Position numbers and translations under genes: made by a program
Part shown: piece after piece, positions 29,318-40,365 of the stretch
How the letters are laid out: every line of letters starts with the position of its first letter
How positions within the stretch are numbered: position 1 is the first letter of the stretch
Assembly (NCBI GenBank): GCA_965198065.1
Contig: CBDAON010000004.1
Location: forward strand, 96,001 to 160,000
DNA: 64,000 nt
From: Longimicrobiales bacterium
Lineage (GTDB): Bacteria > Gemmatimonadota > Gemmatimonadetes > Longimicrobiales > Gaopeijiaceae
Direction of reading: 5' to 3'
The notes under the pieces: model-generated
Told to the model about the DNA's origin: nothing
What the model saw: only the letters and a program-made list of their open reading frames with translations
The model's database searches: none

Positions 29318-29585
29318 TCAGTTGGCGATGGCGTCCGCCCCGGCCTGGGAGATCTGCTCGTCGTCGACCGCCCGCACGCCGCTGGTCCCGATCGCCCCAA
29401 TCAGCTGACCGCCGCGCAGGATCGGGACGCCGCCCGCGAAGGTCACGCCGTCGGGGACCTGCGGTACGGTACCGGCCTCGAGGGCGCTGTCCGTACACCG
29501 CGGTCGTGAGGCCCGTAGCCGCGACGGTGGCCGCCTTCCGCATCGCGACGTTGTAGGAGCCGGCGGAGGCGCCGTCCACGTCGTT
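29318..29585 (-). pseudogene. GlcG/HbpS heme-binding family fragment (5'-truncated, frameshifted)
   Basis: DGASAGSYNVAMRKAAT in one frame; FAGGVPI...IGAIGTSG...DEQIS in another. Confidence 0.75.
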
Positions 29586-30168
29586 CGCACAGTCACCGAG
29601 AATAGCCGGACATTGAAGTTCACGAGCCACGGCTTCGAAAAGGAATAGGCTGAGGATTTCGATGCCGCCGTAAGCTACCTTATGGCAGCCTTTGCATTCG
29701 CGACCGGAACCCTACTCTGCCGGCATCGTCCGGTCGGTTCGGATTCCTGGGTGCGGGGCTCGCCCTTTTTGGTGCAGCGATGCGGCGGGCGGGTAACACG
29801 AGGATGGATACTCCTGTATCTGGTGTTGGTGCTCATCCTCCTAGAGCTCCTGTGAGCTGGAGTACGCCGGTCTCGTTCTTCCCATGCTGGACTCCTCTCT
29901 CCCAACTGAGTCGGTTCCACCTTATAGGGGGTGACTTCACTTGAAGACGAGTGCATCGTCGAAGCCTGCCTTGAAGCTCGCCCAAATTGTCCGGATCGCT
30001 GATCAGGCGAAAAACTGGACCCTACCCGCTGGAACACGGCCTACCTGGCTTCCTGGACGACGCAGATCCGGCGATGGCAGCAGCCCCAGCATACGGAAGT
30101 GATCGGCGTTGGCTTCGAGGCGGCCGCTGCGATACCCAAGCCACATCGATTGAGGAGCGACATGAGCC

Positions 30169-30320
30169 ATGGCCCTTCGCGCCGTGTTCATCGGAATCAA
30201 TAAGCACAGCGACCCCGGAATTCCTGAACTCACCGGCGCGACCAACGACGCCACGGCCCTCTGGGCACTCTTCAAGGATTCCGTCGAGGGTATCGATGAC
30301 CGGAGGCTCCTGGATCAAGC
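30169..30320 (+). pseudogene. N-terminal fragment of a caspase-like (peptidase C14) domain protein
   Basis: RAVFIGINKHSDPGIPELTGATNDATAL, cut off after about 50 aa. Confidence 0.6.
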
Positions 30321-30730
30321 GCGGCCTCGCTCCCGCGCGCGACGGTGCTCTTGAGTTCGGTGTCGAGCCGGATGCGCCGCACTGCTGCGCCCCGGTCGAG
30401 GAGGCGTTGCTGCTCCTTTCGGCAGGCGCGATAGACGGCGGTGTCGTGCGCGGCTTCGGCAGGCCGGGTACGGGCGAACCGGATTTCCTGGCTGGAATCC
30501 ATCCCCCGTTCGGCGGCCAGCTTCCGAGCTTCGGCCACGCCGCTGCGGGTGAGCGTCAGGACCTTGAACGGGTTGCCCCTGGGTCCGGTGGCCCGGGTCT
30601 CCTGGGCGAGCCCGTCGCGGACCCAAGCGTTCACGGCCCGCCGGGTGGTGTAGGGATGTCCGCCGAAGTGGGCCTCGGCGAGATCGCGGTACGATACGGC
30701 TCCGTAGACGCCGATGTCGGCAAGCGCACG
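30320..30730 (-). pseudogene. Internal fragment of a winged-helix replication-relaxation-like plasmid/ICE protein
   Basis: ALADIGVYGAVSYRDL...VLTLTRSG...AAHDTAVYR; no start or stop of its own. Confidence 0.45.
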
Positions 30731-31647
30731 GCCTCGCGCTCGCGGTGCCGGGCGAGCACGAAGTCGGAGATCTTCTGCGCGTCGGCGGCGGCGCGCCGGA
30801 TCTCGCGGGGGTCCTCCTCGAGGGCGGCGACCCACTCCTCTACGTAGGCGGCGCCTCGGCTCGGGTCGTGGCCGACGCCCACGCGCTCGCCCGTCATCAT
30901 CGCGCTGATTTCCGCGCGGAGCTCCTCCTTCGCATAGGCCGGCGAGCCGAACCCTTCGGCGATCCCTTGGGTGAGCGTGTCGCGGTTCATCCGCTTGGGA
31001 TGGCCGGTGCTGTGCCCCAGCTCGTGGAGCACGGTCTGGTAGTAGTGGTTCGCGGAGGGGAACTGTCCCCGCTCGTGGAGCACGATCTCGTCGCGGTTCA
31101 GGTTGTAGAACGCCCGGTCCCCCGCCACGTGACGGACGGGGACCCCGCTGTCCTCGAGGACGCGTTCGGCCTGCTGGTGCACCTTCCAGAGCGGCTCGGC
31201 CGTGGGTGTGGGCCGGGCCGGTAGCCCGTCGGCCTGCTCGGCGTTGAACACGGTGTACTGGCGGACGTAGGGCACGGGCATCCGCTCGTAGCGGTGGACG
31301 CGCTTGCCTTCGTTGTCCCTGACGGGCCGTCCGCGCTCGTCGGTGACGGCGATCTTCCGGTGGTCCTGGAAGGAGAGGATGCGGGTGCCCTGCTCGCCCT
31401 TCCGGACCTGTCCGCCCCGGGCCTGGATCTGGCGGTAGGTGCCCCAGCGCACGTCGCCGTAGCCGCGCTCCTGCTGGACGGCGGCGAGGTGCAGGCTGTT
31501 CCCTCCGGCGTAGGAGCGTCCGGTATCGACGTTCGCGGGGAGCACGCGCTCGCCCGGCCCCCAGGGCTTCTGCCAGGGCGCGGTGCCCTGGCGGATCTGC
31601 TCGATGACCCGGTCGGCGAACTGGCGGTGGTATTCGTCGTGTTTCAT
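30631..31647 (-). CDS. ardC: ArdC family antirestriction/ssDNA-binding protein (3' end fused to another fragment at ~30730)
   Basis: GTAPWQKPW, YAGGN, WGTYRQ, VRKGE, VFNAEQ, HELGHSTGH, YAKEELRAE. Confidence 0.9.
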   Translation of the reverse strand: MKHDEYHRQFADRVIEQIRQGTAPWQKPWGPGERVLPANVDTGRSYAGGNSLHLAAVQQERGYGDVRWGTYRQIQARGGQVRKGEQGTRILSFQDHRKIAVTDERGRPVRDNEGKRVHRYERMPVPYVRQYTVFNAEQADGLPARPTPTAEPLWKVHQQAERVLEDSGVPVRHVAGDRAFYNLNRDEIVLHERGQFPSANHYYQTVLHELGHSTGHPKRMNRDTLTQGIAEGFGSPAYAKEELRAEISAMMTGERVGVGHDPSRGAAYVEEWVAALEEDPREIRRAAADAQKISDFVLARHREREAVRLPTSASTEPYRTAISPRPTSADIPTPPGGP

Positions 31648-31844
31648 CGGTCTTCCTCCTCGGGGCCGTGCGGATCCTCTCCGGCGTCGCGGATCTCGTC
31701 CTCGCTGCCCACGTCCTCGGAGAAGAGGCCGTACTCTTCGGCCAATGAGGCCGGCACCTCGAGGGCCTCGCCTCCGTCGCGCGCGAGCTCGCGGTCGAAG
31801 TCATCGAGCGTCTCGACGCGAACGATGTTCTCGTCGCTTGGCAT
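31644..31844 (-). CDS. Small acidic hypothetical protein upstream of ardC
   Basis: AAGGAG RBS, 66 aa (MPSDENIVRV...), stop overlaps the ardC start. Confidence 0.6.
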   Translation of the reverse strand: MPSDENIVRVETLDDFDRELARDGGEALEVPASLAEEYGLFSEDVGSEDEIRDAGEDPHGPEEEDR

Positions 31845-31884
31845 GGCTTCACTCCTTTGTTTGTTGTTCATCGTGCTTCCTCCG

Positions 31885-34102
31885 GGAGCCTGCGGTGACG
31901 ACCCGGTTGCGCCTCCCGAGCCTCCCAACCGGCCGCCGGCAGTGGCGGCGGCGATTACGGCCGCGGCGGTCCAGGCTGGCGAGACGCTCACCGTGGGACT
32001 GTCGACCCATTTCAGCGATCCCGACGGCGACCCACTGAGTTTCGCGGCGGCCACCTCCGACACGACCGTGGCGACCGTCACAGCGGCCCCGATCGGGCGC
32101 ATCCTAGTTTCTCCGGGCACCGTCACTCTGACAGCAATTGGCGACACCGCTCGCCTGGCAGCGGATGCGTTCCGCCTATCCGGGGAGGTCGTGACGAACG
32201 CGCAGCTCTCCTGGTCGTCCAGCGACCCCGCAGTCGCCTCGATCGACCGTACGGGCCTCGTGACCGCGGCCGGGAGGGGTGAGGCCATGATCATCGCTGC
32301 GGATGGCGAGGCATCTGGCGAGGCCGTCGTCTCGGTGGCACCGTCGGCGGACATCGTCACCGTGACGCCGTCTGTCGCGAGCATCGCTCCGGGCGACGAG
32401 CTCGAGCTGGCGGCCTCGGTCGTCGACCGCAACGGACATGCGGTGGCCGAAGCGGAGCTGGTCTGGACGTCGAGCGATCCACGGGTGGCCACGGTGCGAG
32501 CATCCGGGACCGCGCGAATCGCGCTCATACGGGGAGTGGGGGAAGGATCGGCCACCATCACCGCATCCTCTGGGGATGCAAAGGGCATCTCGCGGCTCAC
32601 CGTGACCGGCAGCCGGGACCACGCCGCACTGGTGGCGCTCTACACGTCGACCGACGGTCCGAACTGGAAGAACGGCGCCGGCTGGCTGACCGACGCACCG
32701 CTCGGCAGTTGGCACGGGGTCCGGGTCGACGCCGAAGGGCGGGTCACGTGGCTCGCTCTCTCCGAAAATGAGCTAGCGGGCCCGATCCCGCCGGAGCTCG
32801 GCTCCCTGGCCGACCTCGAGTCATTGGATCTCGCCAGGAACGAGAACCTGAGCGGACCCGTTCCGCCGGAACTGGGATCGTTGGCGAGTCTCAGGGAGCT
32901 CTACCTCTATCTGAACAGGCTGACCGGCCCGATCCCGCCAGAGCTCGGATCGCTGGCCGGTCTCGAGGAGCTGAGGCTCGGCCTGAACCAGCTGACGGGC
33001 TCCATCCCGGGCGAGCTGGGTCTGCTGACCGAGCTCCGGCTGCTGGGGCTCGGCTACAACAACCTGACGGGCTCGATTCCCCCGCAACTGGGCTCGCTGG
33101 CCAGACTGACAACGATGAGCCTCAGCAACAATGACCTGACGGGGGTCGTACCAGCCGAACTCGGAGGTCTCCCGCGCCTGACGTGGCTGTCGCTCGAATC
33201 CAACGATCTGTCGGGCCCTGTCCCGCGAGATCTTCTGGAGCTGCAGGGGCTGATTGGGTTCACTTTCGGGGGAAATGACGGGCTTTGCGCAACGGTCACG
33301 AGCGCCTTCGTCGCATGGCTGGCGGAGATCCGGAGAGCGGAAGGGCCGTTCTGCAATGCCGGCGACATCTCTGCGCTCACGTCGCTCCATGAGGCGACCG
33401 GCGGAAGCCGTTGGACGAACTCGGACGGCTGGCTCGGCGACGCATCGCTGGACCAGTGGTTCGGCGTGACCGCGGACGCCCTGGGGCGGGTCGTGGCGGT
33501 CGACCTCGGCCACAACGGGCTCGTCGGATTCCTGCCTGCGACGCTGGCTCGACTGGATCGCCTGACGGAGCTACGCCTCGATGGCAACGCCCTTTCCGGG
33601 CCGCTGCCGCTGGACTTGGCCCATCTCCCTCTCCGCGAGTTCCACTATGCGGACACGGAGCTCTGCGCGCTGGCAAACGCCTCCTTCCAGGCCTGGCTGA
33701 CGAGCCTCGAGTCGCATCGAGGCACGGACGGAGAGTGCGGCCCGCTCTCGGAGCGCGACGTCCTGGTGGCGTTCTACTACGCAACCGGCGGGCCCGACTG
33801 GAGCGACAACACGAATTGGCTTTCCGACGCGCCCCTCGAGAGCTGGCGTGGGGTCGACGTGGACGGCGAGGGCCGTGTCACCCGGCTGCTGCTGGGCCGG
33901 AACAACCTTGTGGGCTCCATCCCCCCGGAACTCGGTTCGCTCAGCCACTTGTCCACGCTGTTTCTCGCCTATGCGAACCTGACGGGCGCGATCCCTGCGG
34001 AACTCGGCTCACTCGGCAACCTCGAGCAGCTCTACCTGAACAACAATGACCTGACGGGCCCCATTCCACCCGAACTGGGTTCGCTGTCCCGCCTGGAAGT
34101 GC
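31885..34102 (+). pseudogene. Ig-like (Big_2) + plant-type LRR lipoprotein, truncated at both ends
   Basis: GACGDD lipobox remnant, WSSSDPAVA Big_2 repeats, many LTGPIPPELGSL LRRs and three N-caps; cut by IS256 at 34103. Confidence 0.85.
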
Positions 34103-35536
34103 GAGTGAGTCCCATCTTTAGTTGAAATTGAAGCGGCCTCCAACCTCAGGTAACGTGGGTGTGCGACCACACCACGGGATCACAAGAGAGGAAGGAGGGC
34201 CACCGATGGGAAGGATGCCAAGGCTCGTCGAGCGGGGCAAGAAGGACCGGCGGCTCGGGGAACCGAGGGAGGTGAGTTGGGAGGAGATCGAGGCGCTGGA
34301 GCTGGACCCTCGGGTGGAGCTGATCCGGCAGCTGATTCCGCTGGGACTGGCGGAGGTGGGCCGGATGCTCGAGGAGGAAGTGGAGCAACTGGCGGGGCAA
34401 CGTCACGCCAGGAAGACCGAGGACGATCGACATTGCCGGCATGGGCATAACCCAGGGTCGGTGCGGTTGGGCGGCCAGCGGCATCCGGTGCGAGTACCGC
34501 GGGTGCGAGGCCCGGCCGGAGAGTCGAGGCTGGCGGCGTATGAGCAGCTGCATGGCTCGCCCGGCGAGATGGACGAGGGGCTGTTTCGGAAGGTGCTGCT
34601 CGGGATCTCGTGCCGGGACTACGAGGCAGCGGTCGAGGCGGTGCCTGGAGCCATCGGGCTGTCGAAGTCGACGGTCTCGCGGGAGTTCAAGAAGGCCACG
34701 GCCGCGAAGCTGAAGGAGTTTCAGGAGCGGGACCTCTCGGGTTACGACGTGGGGTGGCACTCGTCCTGGACGGCAAGAGCTTTGCCGAGGACGAGATGGT
34801 CGTCGCGCTCGGGGTGACGACCAAGGGGGACAAGGTCTTCCTCGGGTTCGTCCAGACCGACACGGAGAACGCCGTGGTGATCCGATCCTTCCTTCGGAGT
34901 CTGAAGGACCGAGGTCTCGACCTGTCGGCCGGAGCGCTCGTGGTGATCGATGGAGCCCGCGGTCTCCGGAGCGGCGTCCTGGCGGTCTTCAAGGGACAGG
35001 TGCTCATCCAGCGGTGCCAGTGGCACAAGCGGAAGAACGTGATCTCGTATCTGCCGAGAGCGGAGCAGAAGGGCTGGCGCCAGCGTCTGCAGCGCGCCTA
35101 CCAGCGGCCCACGTACGAAGAGGCCGTCAAGGACCTCAAGGCCCTGCGCCAGGAGCTCGCGGGGGTGAACCAGTCCGCGGCGGCCAGTCTCGATGAGGGG
35201 TTCGAGGAGACCCTCACCCTCCACCGGTTGGGAGTCTTCCCCCTGGTCGGCCAGTCGCTCAAGACCACCAACGTGCTCGAGTCCGTGAACGCCCTGGCCG
35301 AGCAGAGGTGCGGACGCGTGGACCACTGGAAGAACTCGAGCCAGAAGCACCGATGGCTCGCGACCACGCTCCTGGAGATCTAGTCACGGCTCCGGAGGTT
35401 GCTCGGGTACCGACACCTCCCGCTCCTCAGGGCCGCGATCCAGAAGGACCTCGGGATCACCCTTCCCGAGAGCCGTTCACATGCTGTCGCCTGAGACGGA
35501 GGCTGCTCCAGTTTCAACTAACTTTGGGATTGACTC
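34103..35536 (+). mobile_element. IS256-family element (defective)
   Basis: Imperfect IRs gagtgagtcccatctttagttgaaa / gagtcaatcccaaagttagttgaaa; LDG, IDG, QRCQWHK, TTNVLES; frameshift ~34752 and TAG at 35381; no TSD. Confidence 0.9.
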
Positions 35537-35614
35537 TTTCAGACCACGGGAGGGTGGCCCCGGTGGCTCGCTCCCCTCTACCTTCCCCGGGGCGTGCCCG
35601 GGCGCGCTCCCAGG

Positions 35615-35688
35615 GGGCCCGTAGCTCAGGCGGTTAGAGCACTCGACTCATAATCGAAGGGTCGCAGGTTCGAATCCTGCCGGGCCCA
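35615..35688 (+). tRNA. tRNA with CAT anticodon, most likely tRNA-Ile2
   Basis: Cloverleaf, GGGCCCG acceptor stem, CT CAT AA loop; lacks initiator features. Confidence 0.9.
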
Positions 35689-35778
35689 TCCCAGTTGTAA
35701 GATATTCATTAGCAACGAGTTATGGCCTCTAGGGCAGATAGCCTGAGGAGCCGTTGTCGTGCCTGAAATCCCCGAAAG

Positions 35779-35801
35779 GTAAACACGAAGGTAAACACGA
35801 A
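35779..35801 (+). repeat. Direct repeat downstream of tRNA-Ile2 (possible integrase arm sites)
   Basis: gtaaacacgaa x2, after an AT-rich stretch at ~35695-35725. Confidence 0.5.
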
Positions 35802-36045
35802 CGGCCGCGAACTTCACCGATCGCACGCCCTCCCCCCACTCCGCTTATATGAACCGGAGCTCGCCGACATCCTATGCGGGAGAGGTGGTCGCACGGGGCG
35901 GCCGCCCTTCATTCAGCGTGAGGGAGGACAGATGAACAAGCAGAGCGGGGACGGGGTCTGGAGGGACTACGAGGGTCTCTGGACGGTGGGGCTGGGGCTT
36001 AAGCTCGACGAGTACATGACGAGTACATAAGGGAGCGCCTCCACC

Positions 36046-36121
36046 GGCGGGGCAACGTCACGCCAGGAAGACCGAGGACGATCGACATTACCGGCATGGG
36101 CATAACCCAGGGTCGGTGCGG
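36046..36121 (+). mobile_element. Internal fragment of the same IS256 transposase
   Basis: Near-identical to 34391-34466 (one visible substitution). Confidence 0.85.
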
Positions 36122-36244
36122 AGGTACCACGCATTCTGGCAGATGTATGGATTGGACCTCCCGGACGAGGTGCTCCGCAAGATCTATTACGAGAATGCCC
36201 TCGACCTGGTGCCCAGCATCGATCGGTCGCTCTTCCCCAATTGA
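36122..36244 (+). pseudogene. 3' fragment of an amidohydrolase_2 family gene
   Basis: RYHAFWQMYGLDLPDEVLRKIYYENA. Confidence 0.7.
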
Positions 36245-36290
36245 GGCACGTATCCATGGCACAGGAGCGGATGTGAGCCGTGATCGGATC

Positions 36291-36509
36291 ATGACCACGG
36301 TCGTGGCGCGTTTCCACTATCGCCACGAAGGGGAGATGGCTCACGGGTACCTGGAGAGCGCGGGCGTGGATTCGGCCTTACTGATCGACGATGCGGGAGG
36401 TATGGACGTGGGCTTGGCGTTCGTGAACCCTGCGCGGCTCGTCGTTCGGGACGACGACGAGGAGCGGGCCCGGAGCGTGCTGGTGGACGCGGGGATGCTG
36501 GACCCATGA
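36291..36509 (+). CDS. DUF2007 family protein
   Basis: EGEMAHGYLESAGV...LVVRDDDEERARSVL. Confidence 0.75.
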   Translation: MTTVVARFHYRHEGEMAHGYLESAGVDSALLIDDAGGMDVGLAFVNPARLVVRDDDEERARSVLVDAGMLDP

Positions 36510-38140
36510 CAGCCGCCGAGCTCTTTGTCCGATGCCTCGAAAACGAGGATGTAGACTACGTCTTCGGCATCCCGGGCGAAGAAAACATCGATATGATGGA
36601 CGTCCTGCTCGACAGCACGATCCGTTTTATCACCACGCGCCACGAGCAGGGCGCGGCCTTCATGGCCGACGTGTACGGGCGGTTGACGGGTAGGGCGGGC
36701 GTTTGCCTGTCGACGCTCGGTCCCGGCGCCACGAATTTGGTGACGGGGGTAGCGGACGCGAATATGGACCGGGCACCAGTCGTGGCCATCGCGGGCCAGG
36801 CGGCCACGACCCGGATGCACAAGGAGAGCCACCAGCACCTCGATCTGGTCAGCCTCTTCGCTCCCATCTCCAAGTACAGCACGCAGATCCGGGAACCGGA
36901 AATCATCCCGGAGGTAGTTCGCAAGGCGTTCAAGCAGGCGCTGACAGAAAAGCCCGGCGTCAGCTTCATCGACTTTCCCGAAAACGTCGCCGGCGCCGAT
37001 GTCGAGGGGAAGGAGCCGCTCAGAGTGCAGGCTGCTGCGACCCCGGAGCCCCCCCGAGCCAAGGTCGAGCAGGCCGCTGAGATCATCTCGAGCGCCAGGC
37101 ACCCGATCATCATGGCGGGGAACGGGATCATCCGCTCCCGTGCTACCGAGCAACTACAGGCGTTCGCCGAGAATCTTCAGATTCCGGTGGCGACCACCTT
37201 CATGGCCAAGGGCGCGATACCCTTTTCGCACCCCTTGAGCCTCGGCACAGTGGGGCTACAAGCGCACGACTATGTCGACTGCGGATTCGACCGGGCCGAT
37301 GTGATCATTTGTGTAGGCTACGACATGATCGAGTACCATCCTTACCTGTGGCACCCCGAAAAGCACGCCCAGCTCCTACACATCGATGAGACACCCGCCG
37401 AAGTGGATGAGCACTACATTCTGGCGGCCGGCGTCATTGGCGACGTCGGTGAGTCCCTGCAACGGATCGGTGAACTGGCGCGGCCTCAGCACGAGCCGAA
37501 CCTCGGAACGCTTCGGGATTTCGTTCTCCGAGAGCACTCCGAGCACGCGGAGAACCCGGCGTTTCCCATGGTGCCCCAGCGTATTCTCTGGGACCTTCGC
37601 CAGGTGCTCGAACCGGAGGACATTGTCATAAGCGACGTGGGTGCTCACAAGATGTGGACCGCCCGGCTTTATGAGGCCGAGCGCCCCAACACCTGCATCA
37701 TTTCGAACGGCTTCGCCAGCATGGGGATCGGCGTGCCGGGTGCTATCGCGGCGAAGCTGGCTCGTCCGGAGCGTACGGCCGTAACCGTAACCGGCGATGC
37801 AGGATTCCTGATGAACTGTCAGGAGATCGAGACCGCGCTGCGTATCGGGACCCCGATCATCATTCTCATCTGGACCGACAACGAGTATGGCCTGATCCAT
37901 TGGCATCAGCTGCGTCACTTCGGACGACCCAGCCACATCACGTTCAACAATCCCGACTTCATGAAGTTTGCAGAGAGCTTCGGGGCCAAAGGTTATAGGG
38001 TGGAAGCCGCCGACGAGTTGGTGCCCACCCTGAAGAAGGCAATCGCCGACGACACGGTCGTGATCATCGACTGTCCGGTCGACTACTCGGAAAACATGAA
38101 GCTGACAGAGAAGCTGGGGAGCCTGGTTTGTCCTATATGA
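36506..38140 (+). CDS. Acetolactate synthase large subunit family ThDP enzyme
   Basis: FGIPGEEN, RHEQGAAFMA, TLGPGATN, ThDP motif GDAGFLMN...DN. Confidence 0.93.
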   Translation: MTAAELFVRCLENEDVDYVFGIPGEENIDMMDVLLDSTIRFITTRHEQGAAFMADVYGRLTGRAGVCLSTLGPGATNLVTGVADANMDRAPVVAIAGQAATTRMHKESHQHLDLVSLFAPISKYSTQIREPEIIPEVVRKAFKQALTEKPGVSFIDFPENVAGADVEGKEPLRVQAAATPEPPRAKVEQAAEIISSARHPIIMAGNGIIRSRATEQLQAFAENLQIPVATTFMAKGAIPFSHPLSLGTVGLQAHDYVDCGFDRADVIICVGYDMIEYHPYLWHPEKHAQLLHIDETPAEVDEHYILAAGVIGDVGESLQRIGELARPQHEPNLGTLRDFVLREHSEHAENPAFPMVPQRILWDLRQVLEPEDIVISDVGAHKMWTARLYEAERPNTCIISNGFASMGIGVPGAIAAKLARPERTAVTVTGDAGFLMNCQEIETALRIGTPIIILIWTDNEYGLIHWHQLRHFGRPSHITFNNPDFMKFAESFGAKGYRVEAADELVPTLKKAIADDTVVIIDCPVDYSENMKLTEKLGSLVCPI

Positions 38141-38201
38141 CAGCTGTGCGCCGCGCCAGCGTCGATACGCGCCGACTGCGTAATATCATGCCTAGCTCCG
38201 A

Positions 38202-38615
38202 CTAGCCGAGATCGTCGTCGTTGCAAACCCAGCTACCGTCCGGTCGGTTGACCAGCAGCGTGGTGTCCTCGGCGGCGTTCACGTATACGTTATAGGTTGG
38301 AGCCGCCGGAGGTCGTGTAGTAGAAGTCTACGTCAGGGGGTTCGGCCACGTATCCGTAGCTGCACGAACCGACGGCCACTTCGATGTCTCCGCCCGCGAT
38401 CAGCGAGACCTCATGGGGATCCGGCAAGAAGCCCTCATCGAGGTTGACGTCGCCGTACGTCGGGTCGAGTGAGAGGTCGGGAGCTGGACGCGAACCCGCA
38501 GTCGTCGTCGGACCCGTCGAGACTCTCTCTACGCTAGCCGTCTCCTGTACTTCTGCCAGTGGCTGTAGCGGCCGGTTCGCGGCGAGGGAAAGCTGCCCTC
38601 GTACGTAGTTTATCG
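38202..38615 (-). pseudogene. Fragment of a protein with a pre-peptidase/PPC-like repeat
   Basis: PTYGDVNLDEGFLPDPH...AGG...DTTLLVNRPDGSWVCNDD, then TAG; 5' part lost at the IS3. Confidence 0.55.
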
Positions 38616-39798
38616 TGACGTGACACCCGGAAGCTGAGCCAGCTATTCTCTGACTCCTCGGAGTAAGTGAGGAGTCATGAGGAAGAGTAGGTTCACGGAA
38701 GAGCAGATCATCGGGATCCTACGGGAGGCGGAGGCGGGCGGAGCGACGAAAGAGGTATGCCGACGCCACGGGATCAGCCACGACACGTTCTATCGGTGGA
38801 AGAAGAAGTACGGGGGCCTTGAGGTCAGTGACGCGAGGCGGTTGAAGGCACTTGAGGACGAGAACCGACGGCTCAAGCGCATCGTGGCCGACCAGGCGCT
38901 GAACCTTCAGGTGCTGAAGGACCTGCTGGGAAACGAGTTGTGACGGCCGGGGAGCGGCGCCAGGTCGTCCGGAGGGTGCAAGCCGCCGAGAAGGCCTCGG
39001 AGCGTCGAGTGGTCCGTTGGACAGGCTTCCCGCGTTCAACGATCCGGTACCGAAGCGAGCGCCCAGCTCAGGAGGGGTTACGTGCGAGGATCCGGGAGCT
39101 CGCGGGCGAGCGGCCTCGCTGGGGCTACCGACGCATCCACGTGCTTCTGCGCCGCGAGGGATGGCTGGTGAACCGGAAGCGGATCCACCGGCTCTACCGC
39201 GAGGAAGGGCTCGCGGTGCGGCGAAAGGGTCGGAGACGACGGAGCCAGGTACCACGACCGGTGCGTGACCCACTCGGCCATCCGAACGAGCGGTGGAGCG
39301 TGGACTTCATCATGGACACGCTGAGTACGGGCCGAGTGTTCCGGTGCCTCGCGGTGATCGACGAGTTCAGCCGCGAGTGCCTGGCACTCCACGTCGCTCA
39401 CTCGATCCCTGCGGCGAGCGTGATCGAGGTGCTCGAGAGACTTCGGGAGGAACGCGGCTTGCCGGAGCGCGTGATCTGCGACAACGGCTCCGAGTTCACG
39501 AGCCGTGCCTTCGACGCCTGGGCCTACTCCCGGGACCTCAAGATAGAATACATACAGCCGGGCAAGCCGATTCAGAACTGCTTCGTCGAGAGCTTCCTCG
39601 GGAGCTTCAGGGACGAGTGCCTGAACCTCCACTGGTTCCTCTCCCTACGGGATGCGAGGCACACGATCGAACGCTGGAGGCAGGACTACAATCGCGTCCG
39701 ACCCCACAGCGCCCTGGGCGATCTCCCACCTGCGGACTTCGCCCTCAACCACCACATGGAGTCAGGGAATAAACGGATCAACTAAGGGTGTCACGTCA
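38616..39798 (+). mobile_element. IS3-family element B, copy 1 (intact ORFs)
   Basis: 13-bp IR TGACGTGACACCC; orfA 38677..38943, orfB to 39785, GGGAAAC slippery site at 38928; no TSD. Confidence 0.95.
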
Positions 39799-40027
39799 AC
39801 GCCTTATCCCCGCTGCCATCACCCTTGAGCTGGAAGCACTTTCCTCGTGGTGCTGCGCAGCGCCCCTCGGATGGAACGTGATGCGACCCGAATTCCCGCC
39901 ATTCGATGCCGGCAGCACGGCTATTTCAGTACGGTGGAGTCAGATATCGTCGAACGGCAAGTGCGGCAGATCGTGCAGTCCTAGTTGAACTTAGAAGATT
40001 CCTTGCCGTGATTCACGCCATCTGTAC

Positions 40028-40365
40028 TGTGCCGAGTGGGCCGAGATCAATCAGACGGAGGGCGTGTGGACGGTTCCCAAAACGCGCATGAAGGCGAAGC
40101 GGGAGCACCGGGTGCCCCTGTGCCGCCGCACTACGGAGATTCTCGGCGAGGCACGGATGCGGGACAACGGCACCAGTCCGATGGTCCTCACCCGCGGCGG
40201 CGGGAATCCGCTCGCTAACAAGCAGTTGCGCTAGGCTAGTTGCTCCAACAGCATGAGATCGCAGCCGAGCCGCACGGCTTCAAGTCGAGTTTCAGGGACT
40301 GGGCGGCCGAGGAGACGGACCACCCCCGCGAGGTGGCGGAGGCTGCGCTGGCGCATGTGGGCCTC
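40028..40365 (+). pseudogene. P4-like tyrosine integrase C-terminal fragment
   Basis: WAEI...WTVPKTRMKAKREHRVPL and PHGFKSSFRDWAAE...AEAALAH, with an internal stop and frameshift. Confidence 0.85.

Noticed and set aside
31294..31884. N-terminal 197 aa of the 943-aa ORF
   Set aside because: Antisense to ardC and its upstream gene; real similarity starts at the GACGDD lipobox
35615..35688. tRNA-fMet call
   Set aside because: It has a G1-C72 pair and lacks three consecutive G-C pairs in the anticodon stem; Ile2 fits better, though elongator Met is not fully excluded
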